From Vicugna vicugna (taxonomy: Eukaryota), in assembly GCA_013265495.1 (NCBI GenBank), contig MU058636.1:3087967-3151966 (forward strand): a DNA stretch of 64,000 nucleotides, in the 5' to 3' direction. Positions within the stretch are counted from its first letter, which is position 1. Each line of letters starts with the position of its first letter. A model generated the notes under the pieces. That model ran no database searches, was not told where the DNA came from, and saw only the letters and a list, made by a program, of their open reading frames with translations. A program made the translations under genes and the position numbers. Shown piece by piece: positions 59,901 to 64,000 of this stretch.

Positions 59901-62900
59901 CTGCATAATAGCGGGGCAGTCACCGTTGTCCATGGCAACAAAGCTGCGCTGGAATGTGCTGTTTGGCAAATAGGGTGGGTCTGAATCCTGTGGGTGTGGG
60001 CTCATCACACCTGGAGTGGGGGTGGCAGGGTCGGGGAATGACCCCTCCTGGGATCTTTGCTAGATCCCCTCTCCTGGTAGGCCTGAATCTCTGCAGATCT
60101 TGACCTGCAGTGGCAGAGAAAGAATCCAGGCTAGAAAGAACCCAGACTAGATGCCCTGACAACACTTTCGTTCACAGAAACTGGCCAAGGGCCAAGTTCA
60201 GGTCTTTACACGCATCCTCTGTATCATCACTTGATGCCACCAACAACCCTGCAAGGTAGGTAAGCTTAACCCATCTCACAGATCAGGAACCCAAGACTCA
60301 GAGAGAATCCAGCTGCCAGTTCAAAGGTTTGAGGCTGCGTGACACAGGACAGCCCTGAGGGTGGGACAGGTGGGGTTAGAACCAGGTCCATCTGTCTCCA
60401 ACGGCTATAACATCCCACTGCATCCTGAGCCGAGATGCTGTCGGGGCCAGGACATCTGTCCTTCTCTCCTGGCTTCAAGTCCAGTTATTATCAGGGCTGG
60501 GAAGGTATCTGGACTCAGCGTGTCGCTTGCTGACACTGTAACTTACACGTAGCAGGAGGTGGGGGTGGGGAGTACCCACAAGCACAGGCTTTGTAAAAAT
60601 AGAATTTGATTATAAACAGGGACTTCTAACCCCAGGTGTGGCCAAGGGAAGGTTTCAAGGTGGGAAAATGGACAAAGCTGTAAAGGCTGTGAACGTGGAA
60701 GAATGTCACTGCTCTGAGCAGTCTGCAAAAAGTTCAGGCAGCCCCAGGAGTCACACAGGGAAATGTCCCCACAGGGCCTGAGCATCCTGGTTCAGGGCAA
60801 AAGCAATCAGGCCAGTGACGCAGGACCCAGAGGAGGAGAAACACAATGCTTTCACTCTACCCTGGGGACTGAACTTCGCCAGTTTCCAGGCAGAGCGACT
60901 GTGAGCAGAAGTTTACAGCAGGAAGGACCGGTACAGGGTCAGCCTGGGCAGACAGAGAAGGAGACAGAGACAGTTGCTGAGCCAGGGCCGTGAACCCAGA
61001 GATGGGGGCCTGGGCGGAGGCAAGAACGGAGTCACTGCTGGGAATTCTCAGCACTGGGAGATCTGGGCAAATGCACACAGGAGCCAGGGTTGTGCAGGAC
61101 CCACTACATGCTGCACTACATTTCTGAAAGTGTCTCCATTGTAGACACCACTGGGGATGCCTTGGGCACGAGTGGCTTTGGCTGGCGTATGGGGGCTTTG
61201 TTCAGTGCTGAACCCATCAAGTTCTCCAAAGCTCATTTATTGAGCAACTGCCTTGTGCCAGAAATGTGCTAAACAGTGAGGCTGCCACAAAGTGAACCCA
61301 CAGGTGCAGGCGTGGGAGGGGAAAGTGCAGAGGGAGGGTGGGGGAGGAGGGAGGGAGCGTTTCGCCCATCACCTTTGCTGGTCTATTGATTCAAACCTCA
61401 AAAAGGAAAGAGGAAAAACACCTGAGGCAGTAATAGCCCCGAGCAATATGAGTATTGATGTCAGTTTTATTTTTAAATACGCAGAAATAGAATCGAGGAT
61501 GTTTGTTTCTGGAATTTTCTATCCAAGCCGTCAGAGATGATAACATCTGGGGCGCGGCTGATACCCAGCAAGGCTTAGAAGAGGCTCAGTGCTGAAAACA
61601 CATTCTGCCTTTAGCACAGGCAGGCTGACAACTGGGAGACGTTGGCTGGGGCTAGAATTCTTTTTTTCCCCTCCTTTTCCTTACAGTGATTTTTAAAGAT
61701 CTGACTTCAGAACTGGACAGGAAAAAGCATCTCAACCCAGGTTGTGTATCTGAAAAAGATAACAAATCACTCCACAGGGAGATTTATAATTCAGTCCACT
61801 ACTGACTTGATGCCTAGAAGCCAACAAAGTAAGTACTTTGTTGCTAAGGGGATTAATTAGTTAATATTCATAAAGGGCTTTAAAAGATGAAAATGTTCTA
61901 TAAATGTAAAGTATTATTAATATCACCAGTGGTTCCACTCCTTTTACATTATGTAGGAAGACTTATTCTTCAGCCTTGTTCTGGATTCTTAACAGTGAAA
62001 ATGAAAACGAGGGAAAAAGAACAGCAAGAATTCACAAAAGAATGCGACCCACTGGTTTTTGTTTGTTTTAAAGGAATTTCCATCACTGAAGAAGGCTTGC
62101 TTGCCACCTTATCTAAACATGAACACGTGGTTTACAATTCTTTTTATTTTACGCTTTGACACTGCGTCCCCGCCTCCTCCATCAGTCCTGCTTTCTGGAC
62201 AACTGGGTGGATATTTTGGAAAACTGGGTCTTGGGGGCTGGCTGGTGGGGGTGGTTTCCCTCAGTGTCACATGTAATGCACTGCGGGGCATGGTGAGAGC
62301 ATAGCCAGGCATGACCCAGATAATTCCCCAGGGCTTTGGAACACGAATCATTTTTTAACATAGTACTTAAGGTGGGTGAATCTTTCCAGGGGGCAGCCTT
62401 CCCTGGTTCCATCATGTGCCAATTTAAATGCTAAATGAAGCACTGAGTCAAGGGGCCTGGGGCCCAGGGGGGCACCAATGGGGAGAAGGCAGAGCCCTGG
62501 AAGGTTCTCAGGAAGGTGTATGTTCAACAGCAGGTGTGGACCACCTGTACCTGTGGGGGATGGCCCTGGAGTAAAGGGCAAAGCGAGGTGACCGCGACTG
62601 CTGGATCCCTTCCCCTGGGATCCCCCTGCCCCCTCAGGTTCCCAGAGGCGACCAGAAGAGCCTTCAACTGGAAGGACAGTGAGCTGGCTACGGCGTGTCA
62701 CTCGACCAAACTGCCTAACGCGGGGCTGGCCATCAGGTTGCAGCTGGAGCTCCCCATTCTAGCCCCAGGAACGGCCAGCCAGTTGGTGGAAAATCCCCCC
62801 CGCCCCCGCTTTCCGGCAGGGAGAGGCCGCATGTTATTTCTCCGGCAGCCCCCTGGCCACGAGCACAGAGGAGGTGAGGACGGCCCCTTGGACGTGTCTC

Positions 62901-63764
62901 TGGCCTCCCCCACGGCTGCTGAGCAGAGCCCACCCTAAGGGAGGGCAGACTTCGAGAAGGGATGAACCATATTCCTAACAGGGAGCCGTTCACAAGCATG
63001 CGCCACATCCTGTCTAAGAGCGGAAGCACTTTTCGAGCCAGGATCCCTTTGGGTAATTCCTTTTGCATTACTGCCTAGAAAAGAATTGCATGTATCAAGG
63101 CAATTACTAAAGATATTCTGTCACTGGAGGATTTCAGGGCAGGTGGTGGCAGGGCCACTACTTGACAGCTGTCCCAGAAGGAGGACCAGGCTTTCTCTCT
63201 GTGCTAGGGGAAGCGGGCTGACGGGGTAAACTGGGTCGACTCCTTCCAGCGTCTCGTTTCATCGCCCCCCCAGGCTCCTCCCTCCCCTCCCACCGTGTGC
63301 TAATCCGTCCACTTCCCCAGGCTTCAGTTCCCATCCCTGGGGGGCGGTGCATTATGTGTTAAGACAGCTCCACGAACAGCAAAGACACTGAATGCTGTTC
63401 GCCGTGGATAAGGCTCTGTCAATAATCTGCTTTGTCGGGACAATTTCCTGGTCAGGGGCCATCATCAGCTCCACCAAAGCCTCAGAGGCCCCTGGACTCA
63501 CAAAGTGGTGCACGTGGCTTTATTTATTATCCGCTCGCTTACTCTTTAGGGAATCCTTTTGTGGCTCTGTGGGTTTTATGATGTTATCTCCTCTAGAAGA
63601 ATTTCATCTCTATTGAGCTGGACATTTGGGAACCAATCTTATTACAGATATAGTCAAGGAAGATGATTTCATTATCTCTAAATAACACACATCATATGAA
63701 AGATCTTTCTTTGGTACAGCATCTGTCTCACTCTTGACCTCTTTATCAATCAATTGATCGATTT

Positions 63765-63960
63765 GCTAGGCGCTGTTCTGAATGCTCTGCCCATTTTAAC
63801 TCATTTAGTCCTCAACAGTTATGATTTGGGTACTGTTATCATCTACATTTGAGACCAAGACTCTCTGAGGCTCAGAGAAGTTAAGTAACTTGCCCAAGGT
63901 CACACAGCTAGGAAATGTCAGCGATGGTGTTCATACTCAGGCATTCTGGTTTTACAGCCA
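63765..63960 (-). mobile_element. MIR SINE
   Basis: aactcatttagtcctcaaca...gaggctcagagaagttaagtaacttgcccaaggtcacacagctag. Confidence 0.9.
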
Positions 63961-64000
63961 ATAGTAATCATCCCCTTTTTTGAAAACAAATCTTTCACAT

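Noticed and set aside
63369..63408. Hairpin CGAACAGCA / TGCTGTTCG with an 11-nt loop
   Set aside because: Stem is far too short for a pre-miRNA and matches no RNA family I recognise; expected by chance in 64 kb
1..64000. CRISPR arrays, operons, or prokaryotic/phage-type systems
   Set aside because: Sequence is mammalian non-coding DNA; no regularly spaced repeat-spacer array or gene-dense coding structure on either strand

Overview
Mammalian, GC-rich, non-coding (intronic or intergenic) genomic DNA, most probably from a camelid (Camelus/Vicugna/Lama). The evidence is three short tRNA-derived SINEs resembling Vic-1, with no recognisable Alu, B1/B2, Bov-tA, PRE-1 or CAN SINEs. No protein-coding exon or gene can be supported. 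None of the six-frame ORFs resembles a known cellular protein, and the only recognisable protein motifs are decayed L1 ORF2 and CR1/L3 reverse-transcriptase remnants. The window is a layered record of transposable elements: MIR, L2, CR1/L3, old L1M, MLT1/MLT2 LTRs, MER2/Tigger, MER5 and MER53 DNA elements, younger L1 3' ends, Vic-1-like SINEs, and one structurally intact ERV solo LTR (22549-23079, minus strand, perfect 4-bp TSD, duplicated octamer and CCAAT motifs). Unique sequence carries several strong regulatory motifs: a near-consensus CTCF site, an NRF2/sMAF ARE and a tandem DR1 array. I found no evidence of a novel multi-component biological system. Repeat family names come from remembered consensus sequences, not from a database search, and boundaries of old repeats are approximate.
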